A DNA stretch of 64,000 bases from Eledone cirrhosa. Its lineage: Eukaryota. The DNA is taken from NCBI GenBank assembly GCA_964016885.1, contig OZ024740.1, positions 30,876,001-30,940,000 of the forward strand. The letters run 5' to 3'. Below are positions 14,101 to 29,100 of this stretch, one piece after another. Below the pieces are notes generated by a model, which did not search any database, was not told where the DNA came from, and worked only from the letters and a program-made list of their open reading frames with translations. The stretch's first letter is position 1; each line of letters opens with the position of its first letter. The position numbers were made by a program, and so were the translations under genes.

Positions 14101-17100
14101 AAAGTTCATTTAAAGTAGGGGTTAATCCTGGATAAAAGTTCATTTAAAGTAGGGGTTAATCCTGGATAAAAGTTCATTTAAAGTAGGGGTTAATCCTGGA
14201 TAAAAGTTCAATTAAAGTAGGGGTTAATCCTGGATAAAAGTTCATTTAAAGTAGAGGTTAATCCTGGATAAAAGTTCATTTAAAGTAGGGGTTAATCCTG
14301 GATAAAAGTTCATTTAAAGTAGAGGTTAATCCTGGATAAAAGTTCATTTAAAGTAGAGGTTAATCCTGGATAAAACTTCAATTAAAGTAGAGGTTAATCC
14401 TGGATAAAAGTTCAATTAAAGTAGAGGTTAATCCTGGATAAAAGTTCATTTAAAGTAGAGGTTAATCCTGGATAAAAGTTCATTTAAAGTAGGGGTTAAT
14501 CTTGGATAAAAGTTCAATTAAAGTAGAGGTTAATCCTGGATAAAAGTTCATTTAAAGTAGAGGTTAATCCTGGATAAAAGTTCAATTAAAGTAGGGGTTA
14601 ATCCTGGATAAAAGTTCAATTAAAGTAGAGGTTAATCCTGGATAAAAGTTCATTTAAAGTAGAGGTTAATCCTGGATAAAAGTTCATTTAAAGTAGGGGT
14701 TGATCCTGGATAAAAGTTCAATTAAAGTAGGGGTTAATCCTGGATAAAAGTTCATTTAAAGTAGAGGTTAATCCTGGATAAAAGTTCATTTAAACTAGAG
14801 GTTAATCCTGGATAAAAGTTCATTTAAAGTAGGGGTTAATCCTGGATAAAAGTTCATTTAAAGTAGGGGTTAATCCTGGATAAAAGTTCAATTAAAGCAG
14901 AGGTTAATCCTGGATAAAAGTTCATTTAAAGTAGGGGTTAATCCTGGATAAAAGTTCAATTAAAGTAGAGGTTAATCCTGGATAAAAGTTCATTTAAAGT
15001 AGAGGTTAAACCTGGATAAAAGTTCATTTAAAGTAGAGGTTAATCCTGGATAAAAGTTCATTTAAAGTAGGGGTTAATCCTGGATAAAAGTTCATTTAAA
15101 GTAGAGGTTAAACCTGGATAAAAGTTCATTTAAAGTAGAGGTTAATCCTGGATAAAAGTTCATTTAAAGTAGGGGTTAATCCTGGATAAAAGTTCATTTA
15201 AAGTAGAGGTTAATCCTGGATAAAAGTTCATTTAAAGTAGGGGTTAATCCTGGATAAAAGTTCATTTAAAGTAGAGGTTTAACCTGGATAAAAGTTCATT
15301 TAAAGTAGAGGTTAATCCTGGATAAATGTTCATTTAAAGTAGGGGTTAATCCTGGATAAAAGTTCATTTAAAGTAGAGGTTAATCCTGGATAAAAGTTGA
15401 TTTAAAGTAGAGGTTAATCCTGGATAAAAGTTCATTTAAAGTAGGGGTTAATCCTGGATAAAAGTTCAATTAAAGCAGAGGTTAATCCTGGATAAAAGTT
15501 CATTTAAAGTAGGAGTTAATCCTGGATAAAAGTTCAATTAAAGTAGGGGTTAATCCTGGATAAAAGTTCAATTAAAGCAGAGGTTAATCCTGGATAAAAG
15601 TTCAATTAAAGCAGGGGTTAATCCTGGATAAAAGTTCAATTAAAGCAGAGGTTAATCCTGGATAAAAGTTCATTTAAAGCAGAGGTTAATCCTGGATAAA
15701 AGTTCATTTAAAGTAGAGGTTAATCCTGGATAAAAGTTCATTTAAAGTAGAGGTTAATCCTGGATAAATGTTCATTTAAAGTAGGGGTTAATCCTGGATA
15801 AAAGTTCATTTAAAGTAGAGGTTAATCCTGGATAAAAGTTGATTTAAAGTAGGGGTTAATCCTGGATAAAAGTTCATTTAAAGTAGGGGTTAATCCTGGA
15901 TAAAAGTTCAATTAAAGCAGAGGTTAATCCTGGATAAAAGTTCATTTAAAGTAGGAGTTAATCCTGGATAAAAGTTCAATTAAAGTAGGGGTTAATCCTG
16001 GATAAAAGTTCAATTAAAGCAGAGGTTAATCCTGGATAAAAGTTCAATTAAAGCAGGGGTTAATCCTGGATAAAAGTTCAATTAAAGCAGAGGTTAATCC
16101 TGGATAAAAGTTCATTTAAAGCAGAGGTTAATCCTGGATAAAAGTTCATTTAAAGTAGAGGTTAATCCTGGATAAAAGTTCATTTAAAGTAGAGGTTAAT
16201 CGTGGATAAAAGTTCAATTAAAGTAGAGGTTAAACCTGGATAAAAGTTCATTTAAAGCAGAGGTTAATCCTGGATAAAAGTTCATTTAAAGTAGGGGTTA
16301 ATCCTGGATAAAAGTTCAATTAAAGTAGGGGTTAATCCGGGATAAAAGTTCATTTAAAGTAGGGGTTAATCCTGGATAAAAGTTCATTTAAAGTAGAGGT
16401 TAATCCTGGATAAAAGTTCATTTAAAGTAGGGGTTAATCCTGGATAAAAGTTCAATTAAAGCAGGGGTTAATCCTGGATAAAAGTTCAATTAAAGCAGAG
16501 GTTAATCCTGGATAAAAGTTCATTTAAAGCAGAGGTTAATCCTGGATAAAAGTTCATTTAAAGTAGAGGTTAATCCTGGATAAAAGTTCATTTAAAGTAG
16601 AGGTTAATCCTGGATAAAAGTTCATTTAAAGTAGGGGTTAATCCTGGATAAAAGTTCATTTAAAGTAGGGGTTAATCCTGGATAAAAGTTCAATTAAAGC
16701 AGGGGTTAATCCTGGATAAAAGTTCAATTAAAGTAGAGGTTAAACCTGGATAAAAGTTCAATTAAAGCAGAGGTTAATCCTGGATAAAAGTTCATTTAAA
16801 GCAGAGGTTAATCCTGGATAAAAGTTCATTTAAAGTAGAGGTTAATCCTGGATAAAAGTTCATTCAAAGTAGAGGTTAAACCTGGATAAAAGTTCAATTA
16901 AAGCAGGGGTTAATCCTGGATAAAAGTTCAATTAAAGTAGAGGTTAATCCTGGATAAAAGTTCATTTAAAGTAGAGGTTAATCCTGGATAAAAGTTCATT
17001 TAAAGTAGGGGTTAAACCTGGATAAAAGTTCAATTAAAGTAGGGGTTAATCCTGGATAAAAGTTCATTTAAAGTAGAGGTTAATCCTGGATAAAAGTTCA

Positions 17101-20100
17101 TTTAAAGTAGGGGTTAATCCTGGATAAAAGTTCATTTAAAGTAGAGGTTAATCCTGGATAAATGTTCATTTAAAGTAGGGGTTAATCCTGGATAAAAGTT
17201 CATTTAAAGTAGGGGTTAATCCTGGATAAAAGTTCAATTAAAGTAGAGGTTAATCCTGGATAAAAGTTCATTTAAAGTAGGGGTTAATCCTGGATAAAAG
17301 TTCATTTAAAGTAGGGGTTAATCCTGGATAAAAGTTCAATTAAAGTAGGGGTTAATCCTGGATAAAAGTTCAATTAAAGTAGGGGTTAATCCTGGATAAA
17401 AGTTCAATTAAAGCAGAGGTTAATCCTGGATAAAAGTTCATTTAAAGTAGGGGTTAATCCTGGATAAAAGTTCAATTAAAGCAGAGGTTAATCCTGGATA
17501 AAAGTTCAATTAAAGTAGGGGTTAATCCTGGATAAAAGTTCAATTAAAGTAGGGGTTAATCCTGGATAAAAGTTCATTTAAAGTAGGGGTTAATCCTGGA
17601 TAAAAGTTCATTTAAAGTAGGGGTTAATCCTGGATAAAAGTTCATTTAAAGTAGGGGTTAATCCTGGATAAAAGTTCAATTAAAGTAGGGGTTAATCCTG
17701 GATAAAAGTTCATTTAAAGTAGAGGTTAATCCTGGATAAAAGTTCATTTAAAGTAGGGGTTAATCCTGGATAAAAGTTCATTTAAAGTAGAGGTTAATCC
17801 TGGATAAAAGTTCATTTAAAGTAGAGGTTAATCCTGGATAAAACTTCAATTAAAGTAGAGGTTAATCCTGGATAAAAGTTCAATTAAAGTAGAGGTTAAT
17901 CCTGGATAAAAGTTCATTTAAAGTAGAGGTTAATCCTGGATAAAAGTTCATTTAAAGTAGGGGTTAATCCTGGATAAAAGTTCAATTAAAGTAGAGGTTA
18001 ATCCTGGATAAAAGTTCATTTAAAGTAGAGGTTAATCCTGGATAAAAGTTCAATTAAAGTAGGGGTTAATCCTGGATAAAAGTTCAATTAAAGTAGAGGT
18101 TAATCCTGGATTAAAGTTCATTTAAAGTAGAGGTTAATCCAGGATAAAAGTTCATTTAAAGTAGGGGTTAATCCTGGATAAAAGTTCAATTAAAGTAGGG
18201 GTTAATCCTGGATAAAAGTTCATTTAAAGTAGAGGTTAATCCTGGATAAAAGTTCATTTAAAGTAGGGGTTAATCCTGGATAAAAGTTCATTTAAACTAG
18301 AGGTTAATCCTGGATAAAAGTTCATTTAAAGTAGGGGTTAATCCTGGATAAAAGTTCATTTAAAGTAGGGGTTAATCCTGGATAAAAGTTCAATTAAAGC
18401 AGAGGTTAATCCTGGATAAAAGTTCATTTAAAGTAGGGGTTAATCCTGGATAAAAGTTCAATTAAAGTAGAGGTTAATCCTGGATAAAAGTTCATTTAAA
18501 GTAGAGGTTAAACCTGGATAAAAGTTCATTTAAAGTAGAGGTTAATCCTGGATAAAAGTTCATTTAAAGTAGGGGTTAATCCTGGATAAAAGTTCATTTA
18601 AAGTAGAGGTTAAACCTGGATAAAAGTTCATTTAAAGTAGAGGTTAATCCTGGATAAAAGTTCATTTAAAGTAGGGGTTAATCCTGGATAAAAGTTCATT
18701 TAAAGTAGAGGTTAATCCTGGATAAAAGTTCATTTAAAGTAGGGGTTAATCCTGGATAAAAGTTCATTTAAAGTAGAGGTTAAACCTGGATAAAAGTTCA
18801 TTTAAAATAGAGGTTAATCCTGGATAAATGTTCATTTAAAGTAGGGGTTAATCCTGGATAAAAGTTCATTTAAAGTAGAGGTTAATCCTGGATAAAAGTT
18901 GATTTAAAGTAGAGGTTAATCCTGGATAAAAGTTCATTTAAAGTAGGGGTTAATCCTGGATAAAAGTTCAATTAAAGTAGGGGTTAATCCTGGATAAAAG
19001 TTCAATTAAAGCAGAGGTTAATCCTGGATAAAAGTTCATTTAAAGTAGGAGTTAATCCTGGATAAAAGTTCAATTAAAGTAGGGGTTAATCCTGGATAAA
19101 AGTTCAATTAAAGCAGAGGTTAATCCTGGATAAAAGTTCATTTAAAGTAGGGGTTAATCCTGGATAAAAGTTCAATTAAAGTAGGGGTTAATCCTGGATA
19201 AAAGTTCAATTAAAGCAGAGGTTAATCCTGGATAAAAGTTCATTTAAAGCAGGGGTTAATTCTGGATAAAAGTTCAATTAAAGTAGGGGTTAATCCTGGA
19301 TAAAAGTTCAATTAAAGTAGGGGTTAATCCTGGATAAAAGTTCATTTAAAGTAGGGGTTAATCCTGGATAAAAGTTCATTTAAAGTAGAGGTTAATCCTG
19401 GATAAAAATTCATTTAAAGTAGGGGTTAATCCTGGATAAAAGTTCAATTAAAGCAGGGGTTAATCCTGGATAAAAGTTCAATTAAAGCAGAGGTTAATCC
19501 TGGATAAAGGTTCATTTAAAGCAGAGGTTAATCCTGGATAAAAGTTCATTTAAAGTAGAGGTTAATCCTGGATAAAGGTTCATTTAAAGTAGAGGTTAAT
19601 CCTGGATAAAAGTTCAATTAAAGTAGAGGTTAAACCTGGATAAAAGTTCATTTAAAGCAGAGGTTAATCCTGGATAAAAGTTCATTTAAAGTAGGGGTTA
19701 ATCCTGGATAAAAGTTCATTTAAAGTAGGGGTTAATCCTGGATAAAAGTTCAATTAAAGTAGAGGTTAAACCTGGATAAAAGTTCAATTAAAGCAGAGGT
19801 TAATCCTGGATAAAAGTTCATTTAAAGCAGAGGTTAATCCTGGATAAAAGTTCATTTAAAGTAGAGGTTAATCCTGGATAAAAGTTCATTTAAAGTAGAG
19901 GTTAAACCTGGATAAATGTTCAATTAAAGCAGGGGTTAATCCTGGATAAAAGTTCAATTAAAGTAGAGGTTAATCCTGGATAAAAGTTCATTTAAAGTAG
20001 AGGTTAATCCTGGATAAATGTTCATTTAAAGTAGGGGTTTATCCTGCATAAAAGTTCAATTAAAGTAGGGGTTAATCCTGGATAAAAGTTCATTTAAAGT

Positions 20101-23100
20101 AGAGGTTAATCCTGGATAAAATTTCATTTAAAGTAGGGGTTAATCCTGGATAAAAGTTCATTTAAAGTAGAGGTTAATCCTGGATAAAAGTTCATTTAAA
20201 GTAGGGGTTAATCCTGGATAAAAGTTCATTTAAAGTAGGGGTTAATCCTGGATAAAAGTTCAATTAAAGTAGAGGTTAATCCTGGATAAAAGTTCAATTA
20301 AAGTAGAGGTTAATCCTGGATAAAAGTTCATTTAAAGTAGAGGTTAATCCTGGATAAAAGTTCATTTAAAGTAGGGGTTAATCCTGGATAAAAGTTCAAT
20401 TAAAGTAGAGGTTAATCCTGGATAAAAGTTCATTTAAAGTAGAGGTTAATCCTGGATAAAAGTTCAATTAAAGTAGGGGTTAATCCTGGATAAAAGTTCA
20501 ATTAAAGTAGAGGTTAATCCTGGATTAAAGTTCATTTAAAGTAGAGGTTAATCCAGGATAAAAGTTCATTTAAAGTAGGGGTTAATCCTGGATAAAAGTT
20601 CAATTAAAGTAGGGGTTAATCCTGGATAAAAGTTCATTTAAAGTAGAGGTTAATCCTGGATAAAAGTTCATTTAAAGTAGGGGTTAATCCTGGATAAAAG
20701 TTCATTTAAACTAGAGGTTAATCCTGGATAAAAGTTCATTTAAAGTAGGGGTTAATCCTGGATAAAAGTTCATTTAAAGTAGGGGTTAATCCTGGATAAA
20801 AGTTCAATTAAAGCAGAGGTTAATCCTGGATAAAAGTTCATTTAAAGTAGGGGTTAATCCTGGATAAAAGTTCAATTAAAGTAGAGGTTAATCCTGGATA
20901 AAAGTTCATTTAAAGTAGAGGTTAAACCTGGATAAAAGTTCATTTAAAGTAGAGGTTAATCCTGGATAAAAGTTCATTTAAAGTAGGGGTTAATCCTGGA
21001 TAAAAGTTCATTTAAAGTAGAGGTTAAACCTGGATAAAAGTTCATTTAAAGTAGAGGTTAATCCTGGATAAAAGTTCATTTAAAGTAGGGGTTAATCCTG
21101 GATAAAAGTTCATTTAAAGTAGAGGTTAATCCTGGATAAAAGTTCATTTAAAGTAGGGGTTAATCCTGGATAAAAGTTCATTTAAAGTAGAGGTTAAACC
21201 TGGATAAAAGTTCATTTAAAGTAGAGGTTAATCCTGGATAAATGTTCATTTAAAGTAGGGGTTAATCCTGGATAAAAGTTCATTTAAAGTAGAGGTTAAT
21301 CCTGGATAAAAGTTGATTTAAAGTAGAGGTTAATCCTGGATAAAAGTTCATTTAAAGTAGGGGTTAATCCTGGATAAAAGTTCAATTAAAGTAGGGGTTA
21401 ATCCTGGATAAAAGTTCAATTAAAGCAGAGGTTAATCCTGGATAAAAGTTCATTTAAAGTAGGAGTTAATCCTGGATAAAAGTTCAATTAAAGTAGGGGT
21501 TAATCCTGGATAAAAGTTCAATTAAAGCAGAGGTTAATCCTGGATAAAAGTTCATTTAAAGTAGGGGTTAATCCTGGATAAAAGTTCAATTAAAGTAGGG
21601 GTTAATCCTGGATAAAAGTTCAATTAAAGCAGAGGTTAATCCTGGATAAAAGTTCATTTAAAGTAGGGGTTAATTCTGGATAAAAGTTCAATTAAAGTAG
21701 GGGTTAATCCTGGATAAAAGTTCAATTAAAGTAGGGGTTAATCCTGGATAAAAGTTCATTTAAAGTAGGGGTTAATCCTGGATAAAAGTTCATTTAAAGT
21801 AGAGGTTAATCCTGGATAAAAATTCATTTAAAGTAGGGGTTAATCCTGGATAAAAGTTCAATTAAAGCAGGGGTTAATCTTGGATAAAAGTTCAATTAAA
21901 GCAGAGGTTAATCCTGGATAAAGGTTCATTTAAAGCAGAGGTTAATCCTGGATAAAAGTTCATTTAAAGTAGAGGTTAATCCTGGATAAAGGTTCATTTA
22001 AAGTAGAGGTTAATCCTGGATAAAAGTTCAATTAAAGTAGAGGTTAAACCTGGATAAAAGTTCATTTAAAGCAGAGGTTAATCCTGGATAAAAGTTCATT
22101 TAAAGTAGGGGTTAATCCTGGATAAAAGTTCATTTAAAGTAGGGGTTAATCCTGGATAAAAGTTCAATTAAAGTAGAGGTTAAACCTGGATAAAAGTTCA
22201 ATTAAAGCAGAGGTTAATCCTGGATAAAAGTTCATTTAAAGCAGAGGTTAATCCTGGATAAAAGTTCATTTAAAGTAGAGGTTAATCCTGGATAAAAGTT
22301 CATTTAAAGTAGAGGTTAAACCTGGATAAATGTTCAATTAAAGCAGGGGTTAATCCTGGATAAAAGTTCAATTAAAGTAGAGGTTAATCCTGGATAAAAG
22401 TTCATTTAAAGTAGAGGTTAATCCTGGATAAATGTTCATTTAAAGTAGGGGTTTATCCTGCATAAAAGTTCAATTAAAGTAGGGGTTAATCCTGGATAAA
22501 AGTTCATTTAAAGTAGAGGTTAATCCTGGATAAAATTTCATTTAAAGTAGGGGTTAATCCTGGATAAAAGTTCATTTAAAGTAGAGGTTAATCCTGGATA
22601 AAAGTTCATTTAAAGTAGGGGTTAATCCTGGATAAAAGTTCATTTAAAGTAGGGGTTAATCCTGGATAAAAGTTCAATTAAAGTAGAGGTTAATCCTGGA
22701 TAAAAGTTCATTTAAAGTAGGGGTTAATCCTGGATAAAAGTTCATTTAAAGTAGGGGTTAATCCTGGATAAAAGTTCATATAAAGTAGAGGTTAATCCTG
22801 GATAAAAGTTCATTTAAAGTAGGGGTTAATCCTGGATAAAAGTTCATTTAAAGTAGGGGTTAATCCTGGATAAAAGTTCAATTAAAGTAGAGGTTAATCC
22901 TGGATAAAAGTTCATTTAAGGTAGAGGTTAATCCTGGATAAAAGTTCATTTAAAGTAGGGGTTAATCCTGGATAAAAGTTCAATTAAAGTAGGGGTTAAT
23001 CCTGGATAAATGTTCATTTAAAGTAGGGGTTAATCCTGGATAAATGTTCATTTAAAGTAGGGGTTAATCCTGGATAAAAGTTCAATTAAAGTAGGGGTTA

Positions 23101-26100
23101 ATCCTGGATAAAAGTTCATTTAAAGTAGGGGTTAATCCTGGATAAAAGTTCATTTCAAGTAGAGGTTAATCCTGGATAAATGTTCATTTCAAGTAGAGGT
23201 TAATCCTGGATAAAAGTTCATTTCAAGTAGAGGTTAATCCTGGATAAAAGTTCATTTAAAGTAGGGGTTAATCCTGGATAAAAGTTCATTTAAAGTAGGG
23301 GTTAATCCTGGATAAAAGTTCAATTAAAGTAGGGGTTAATCCTGGATAAAAGTTCATTTAAAGTAGGGGTTAATCCTGGATAAAAGTTCATTTCAAGTAG
23401 AGGTTAATCCCGGATAAAAGTTCATTTCAAGTAGAGGTTAATCCTGGATAAAAGTTCATTTAAAGTAGGGGTTAATCCTGGATAAAAGTTCAATTAAAGT
23501 AGGGGTTAATCCTGGATAAAAGTTCATTTCAAGTAGAGGTTAATCCTGGATAAATGTTCATTTCAAGTAGAGGTTAATCCTGGATAAAAGTTCATTTAAA
23601 GTAGGGGTTAATCCTGGATAAAAGTTCATTTAAAGTAGGGGTTAATCCTGGATAAAAGTTCATTTAAAGTAGGGGTTAATCCTGGATAAAAGTTCATTTC
23701 AAGTAGAGGTTAATCCTGGATAAAAGTTCAATTAAAGTAGACGTTAATCCTGGATAAATGTTCATTTAAAGTAGGGGTTAGTCCTGGATAAAAGTTCAAT
23801 TAAAGTTGGGGTTAATCCTGGATAAAAGTTCATTTCAAGTAGGGGTTAATCCTGGATAAAAGTTCAATTCAAGTAGGGGTTCAACCTGGATAAAAGTTCA
23901 TTTAAAGTAGAGGTTAATCCTGGATAAAAGTTCAATTAAAGTAGGGGTTAATCCTGGATAAAAGTTCATTTAAAGTAGGGGTTAATCCTGGATAAAAGTT
24001 CATTTAAAGTAGAGGTTAATCCTGGATAAAAGTTCATTTAAAGTAGGGGTTAATCCTGGATAAAAGTTCATTTAAAGTAGAGGTTAATCCTGGATAAATG
24101 TTCATTTAAAGTAGGGGTTAATCCTGGATAAAAGTTCATTTAAAGTAGAGGTTAATCCTGGATAAAAGTTGATTTAAAGTAGAGGTTAATCCTGGATAAA
24201 AGTTCATTTAAAGTAGGGGTTAATCCTGGATAAAAGTTCAATTAAAGTAGAGGTTAATCCTGGATAAAAGTGCATTTAAAGTAGAGCTTAATCCTGGATA
24301 AAAGTTCAATTAAAGCAGGGGTTAATCCTGGATAAAAGTTCAATTAAAGTAGGGGTTAATCCTGGATAAAAGTTCAATTAAAGCAGAGGTTAATCCTGGA
24401 TAAAAGTTCATTTAAAGTAGGGGTTAATTCTGGATAAAAGTTCAATTAAAGTAGGGGTTAATCCTGGATAAAAGTTCAATTAAAGTAGGGGTTAATCCTG
24501 GATAAAAGTTCATTTAAAGTAGGGGTTAATCCTGGATAAAAGTTCATTTAAAGTAGGGGTTAATCCTGGATAAAAGTTCATTTAAAGTAGAGGTTAATCC
24601 TGGATAAAAGTTCAATTAAAGCAGGGGTTAATCCTGGATAAAAGTGCATTTAAAGTAGAGCTTAATCCTGGATAAAAGTTCAATTAAAGCAGGGGTTAAT
24701 CCTGGATAAAAGTTCATTTAAAGTAGGGGTTAATCCTGGATAAAAGTTCAATTAAAGCAGAGGTTAATCCTGGATAAATGTTCATTTAAAGTAGAGGTTA
24801 AACCTGGATAAAAGATCAATTAAAGCAGGGGTTAATCCTGGATAAAAGTTCAATTAAAGCAGAGGTTAATCCTTGATAAAAGTTCATTTAAAGTAGAGGT
24901 TAATCCTGGATAAAAGTTCAATTAAAGTAGGGGTTAATCCTGGATAAAAGTTCAATTAAAGTAGGGGTTAATCCTGGATAAAAGTTCATTTAAAGTAGAG
25001 GTTAATCCTGGATAAAAGTTCAATTAAAGCAGGGGTTAATCCTGGATAAAAGTTCATTTAAAGCAGGGGTTAATCCTGGATAAAAGTTCATTTAAAGTAG
25101 AGGTTAATCCTGGATAAAAGTTCAATTAAAGCAGGGGTTAATCCTGGATAAAAGTTCATTTAAAGTAGGGGTTAATCCCGGATAAAAGTTCAATTAAAGC
25201 AGAGGTTAATCCTGGATAAATGTTCATTTAAAGTAGAGGTTAAACCTGGATAAAAGTTCAATTAAAGCAGGGTTTAATCCTGGATAAAAGTTCAATTAAA
25301 GCAGAGGTTAATCCTGGATAAAAGTTCATTTAAAGTAGAGGTTAATCCTGGATAAAAGTTCAATTAAAGCAGGGGTTAATCCTGGATAAAAGTTCATTTA
25401 AAGCAGGGGTTAATCCTGGATAAAAGTTCAATTAAAGTAGGGGTTAATCCTGGATAAAAGTTCAATTAAAGCAGAGGTTAATCCTTGATAAAAGTTCATT
25501 TAAAGTAGAGGTTAATCCTGGATAAAAGTTCATTTAAAGTAGAGGTTAAACCTGGATAAAAGTTCATTTAAAGTAGAGGTTAATCCTGGATAAAAGTTCA
25601 ATTAAAGTAGGGGTTAATCCTGGATAAAAGTTCATTTAAAGTAGGGGTTAATCCTGGATAAAAGTTCAATTAAAGTAGAGGTTAATCCTGGATAAAAGTT
25701 CATTTAAAGTAGAGGTTAATCCTGGATAAAAGTTCAATTAAAGCAGGGGTTAATCTTGGATAAAAGTTCATTTAAAGTAGAGGTTAAACCTGGATAAAAG
25801 TTCAATTAAAGCAGAGTTTAATCCTGGATAAAAGTTCATTTAAAGTAGAGGTTAAACCTGGATGAAAGTTCAATTAAAGCAGGGGTTAATCCTGGATAAA
25901 AGTTCAATTAAAGCAGAGGTTAATCCTTGATAAAAGTTCATTTAAAGTAGAGGTTAATCCTGGATAAAAGTTCATTTAAAGTAGGGGTTAATCCTGGATA
26001 AAAGTTCATTTAAAGCAGGGGTTAATCCTGGATAAAAGTTCATTTAAAGTAGGGGTTAATCCTGGATAAAAGTTCAATTAAAGTAGGGGTTAATCCTGGA

Positions 26101-29100
26101 TAAAAGTTCATTTAAAGTAGAGGTTAATCCTGGATAAAAGTTCAATTAAAGCAGGGGTTAATCCTGGATAAAAGTTCATTTAAAGCAGGGGTTAATCCTG
26201 GATAAAAGTTCAATTAAAGTAGGGGTTAATCCTGGATAAAAGTTCATTTAAAGTAGAGGTTAATCCTGGATAAAAGTTCATTTAAAGTAGAGGTTAATCC
26301 TGGATAAAAGTTCATTTAAAGTAGAGGTTAAACCTGGATAAAAGTTCAATTAAAGCAGGGGTTAATCCTGGATAAAAGTTCAATTAAAGCAGAGGTTAAT
26401 CCTGGATAAAAGTTCATTTAAAGTAGAGGTTAATCCTGGATAAAAGTTCAATTAAAGTAGGGGTTAATCCTGGATAAAAGTTCAATTAAAGCAGGGGTTA
26501 ATCCTGGATAAAAGTGCATTTAAAGTAGAGCTTAATCCTGGATAAAAGTTCAATTAAAGCAGGGGTTAATCCTGGATAAAAGTTCATTTCAAGTAGGGGT
26601 TAATCCTGGATAAAAGTTCAATTAAAGCAGAGGTTAATCCTGGATAAATGTTCATTTAAAGTAGAGGTTAAACCTGGATAAAAGTTCAATTAAAGCAGGG
26701 GTTAATCCTGGATAAAAGTTCAATTAAAGCAGAGGTTAATCCTTGATAAAAGTTCATTTAAAGCAGAGGTTAATCCTGGATAAAAGTTCAATTAAAGCAG
26801 GGGTTAATCCTGGATAAAAGTTCATTTAAAGCAGGGGTTAATCCTGGATAAAAGTTCAATTAAAGTAGGGGTTAATCCTGGATAAAAGTTCATTTAAAGT
26901 AGAGGTTAATCCTGGATAAAAGTTCATTTAAAGCAGGGGTTAATCCTGGATAAAAGTTCATTTAAAGTAGAGGTTAAACCTGGATGAAAGTTCAATTAAA
27001 GCAGGGGTTAATCCTGGATAAAAGTTCAATTAAAGCAGAGGTTAATCCTGGATAAAAGTTCATTTAAATTAGAGGTTAATCCTGGTTAAAAGTTCAATTA
27101 AAGTAGGGGTTAATCCTGGATAAAAGTTCAATTAAAGCAGGGGTTAATCCTGGATAAAAGTGCATTTAATGTAGGGCTTAATCCTGGATAAAATTTCAAT
27201 TAAAGCAGCTGTTAATCCTGGATAAAAGTTCATTTAAAGTAGGGGTTAATCCTGGATAAAAGTTCAATTAAAGCAGAGGTTAATCCTGGATAAATGTTCA
27301 TTTAAAGTAGAAGTTAAACCTGGATAAAAGTTCAATTAAAGCAGGGGTTAATCCTGGATAAAAGTTCAATTAAAGCAGAGGTTAATCCTTGATAAAAGTT
27401 CATTTAATGTAGAGGTTAATCCTGGATAAAAGTTCATTTAAAGTAGAGGTTAATCCTGGATAAAAGTTCAATTAAAGTAGGGGTTAATCCTGGATAAAAG
27501 TTCATTTAAAGTAGGGGTTAATCCTGGATAAAAGTTCAATTAAAGTAGAGGTTAATCCTGGATAAAAGTTCATTTAAAGTAGAGGTTAATCCTGGATAAA
27601 AGTTCAATTAAAGTAGGGGTTAATCCTGGATAAAAGTTCAATTAAAGTAGGTGTTAATCCTTGATAAAAGTTCATTTAAAGTAGAGGTTAATCCTGGATA
27701 AAAGTTCATTTAAAGTAGGGGTTAATCCTGGATAAAAGTTCATTTAAAGCAGGGGTTAATCCTGGATAAAAGTTCAATTAAAGTAGGGGTTAATCCTGGA
27801 TAAAAGTTCAATTAAAGTAGGGGTTAATCCTGGATAAAAGTTCATTTAAAGTAGAGGTTAATCCTGGATAAAAGTTCAATTAAAGCAGGGGTTAATCCTG
27901 GATAAAAGTTCATTTAAAGCAGGGGTTAATCCTGGATAAAAGTTCATTTAAAGTAGAGGTTAATCCTGGATAAAAGTTCAATTAAAGCAGGGGTTAATCC
28001 TGGATAAAAGTTCATTTAAAGTAGGGGTTAATCCCGGATAAAAGTTCAATTAAAGCAGAGGTTAATCCTGGATAAATGTTCATTTAAAGTAGAGGTTAAA
28101 CCTGGATAAAAGTTCAATTAAAGCAGGGTTTAATCCTGGATAAATGTTCAATTAAAGCAGAGGTTAATCCTGGATAAAAGTTCATTTAAAGTAGAGGTTA
28201 ATCTTGGATAAAAGTTCAATTAAAGTAGGGGTTAATCCTGGATAAAAGTTCATTTAAAGTAGGGGTTAATCCTGGATAAAAGTTCAATTAAAGTAGAGGT
28301 TAATCCTGGATAAAAGTTCATTTAAAGTAGAGGTTAATCCTGGATAAAAGTTCAATTAAAGTAGGGGTTAATCCCGGATAAAAGTTCATTTAAAGTAGGG
28401 GTTAATCCTGGATAAAATTTCAATTAAAGTAGAGGTTAATCCTGGATAAAAGTTCATTTAAAGTAGAGGTTAATCCTGGATAAAAGTTCAATTAAAGTAG
28501 GGTTAATCCTGGATAAAAGTTCAATTAAAGTAGGTGTTAATCCTGGATAAAAGTTCATTTAAAGTAGAGGTTAATCCTGGATAAAAGTTCAATTAAAGTA
28601 GGGGTTAATCCTGGATAAAAGTTCAATTAAAGTAGGGGTTAATCCTGGATAAAAGTTCATTTAAAGTAGAGGTTAATCCTGGATAAAAGTTCAATTAAAG
28701 TAGGGGTTAATCCTGGATAAAAGTTCAATTAAAGTAGGGGTTAATCCTGGATAAAAGTTCATTTAAAGCAGAGGTTAATTCTGGATAAAAGTTTAATTAA
28801 AGCAGAGGTTAATCCTGGATAAAAGTTCAATTAAAGTAGGGGTTAATCCTGGATAAAAGAGCAATTAAAGTAGGGGTTAATCCTGGATAAAAGTTCATTT
28901 CAAGTAGAGGTTAATCCTGGATAAAAGTTCAATTAAAGTAGGGGTTAATCCTGGATAAAAGTTCAATTAAAGTAGGGGTTATTCCTGGATAAAAGTTCAA
29001 TTAAAGTAGAGGTTAATCCTGGATACAAGTTCATTTAAAGTAGGGGTTAATCCTGGATAAAAGGTCAAGTAAAGTAGAGGTTAATCCTGGATAAAAGTTC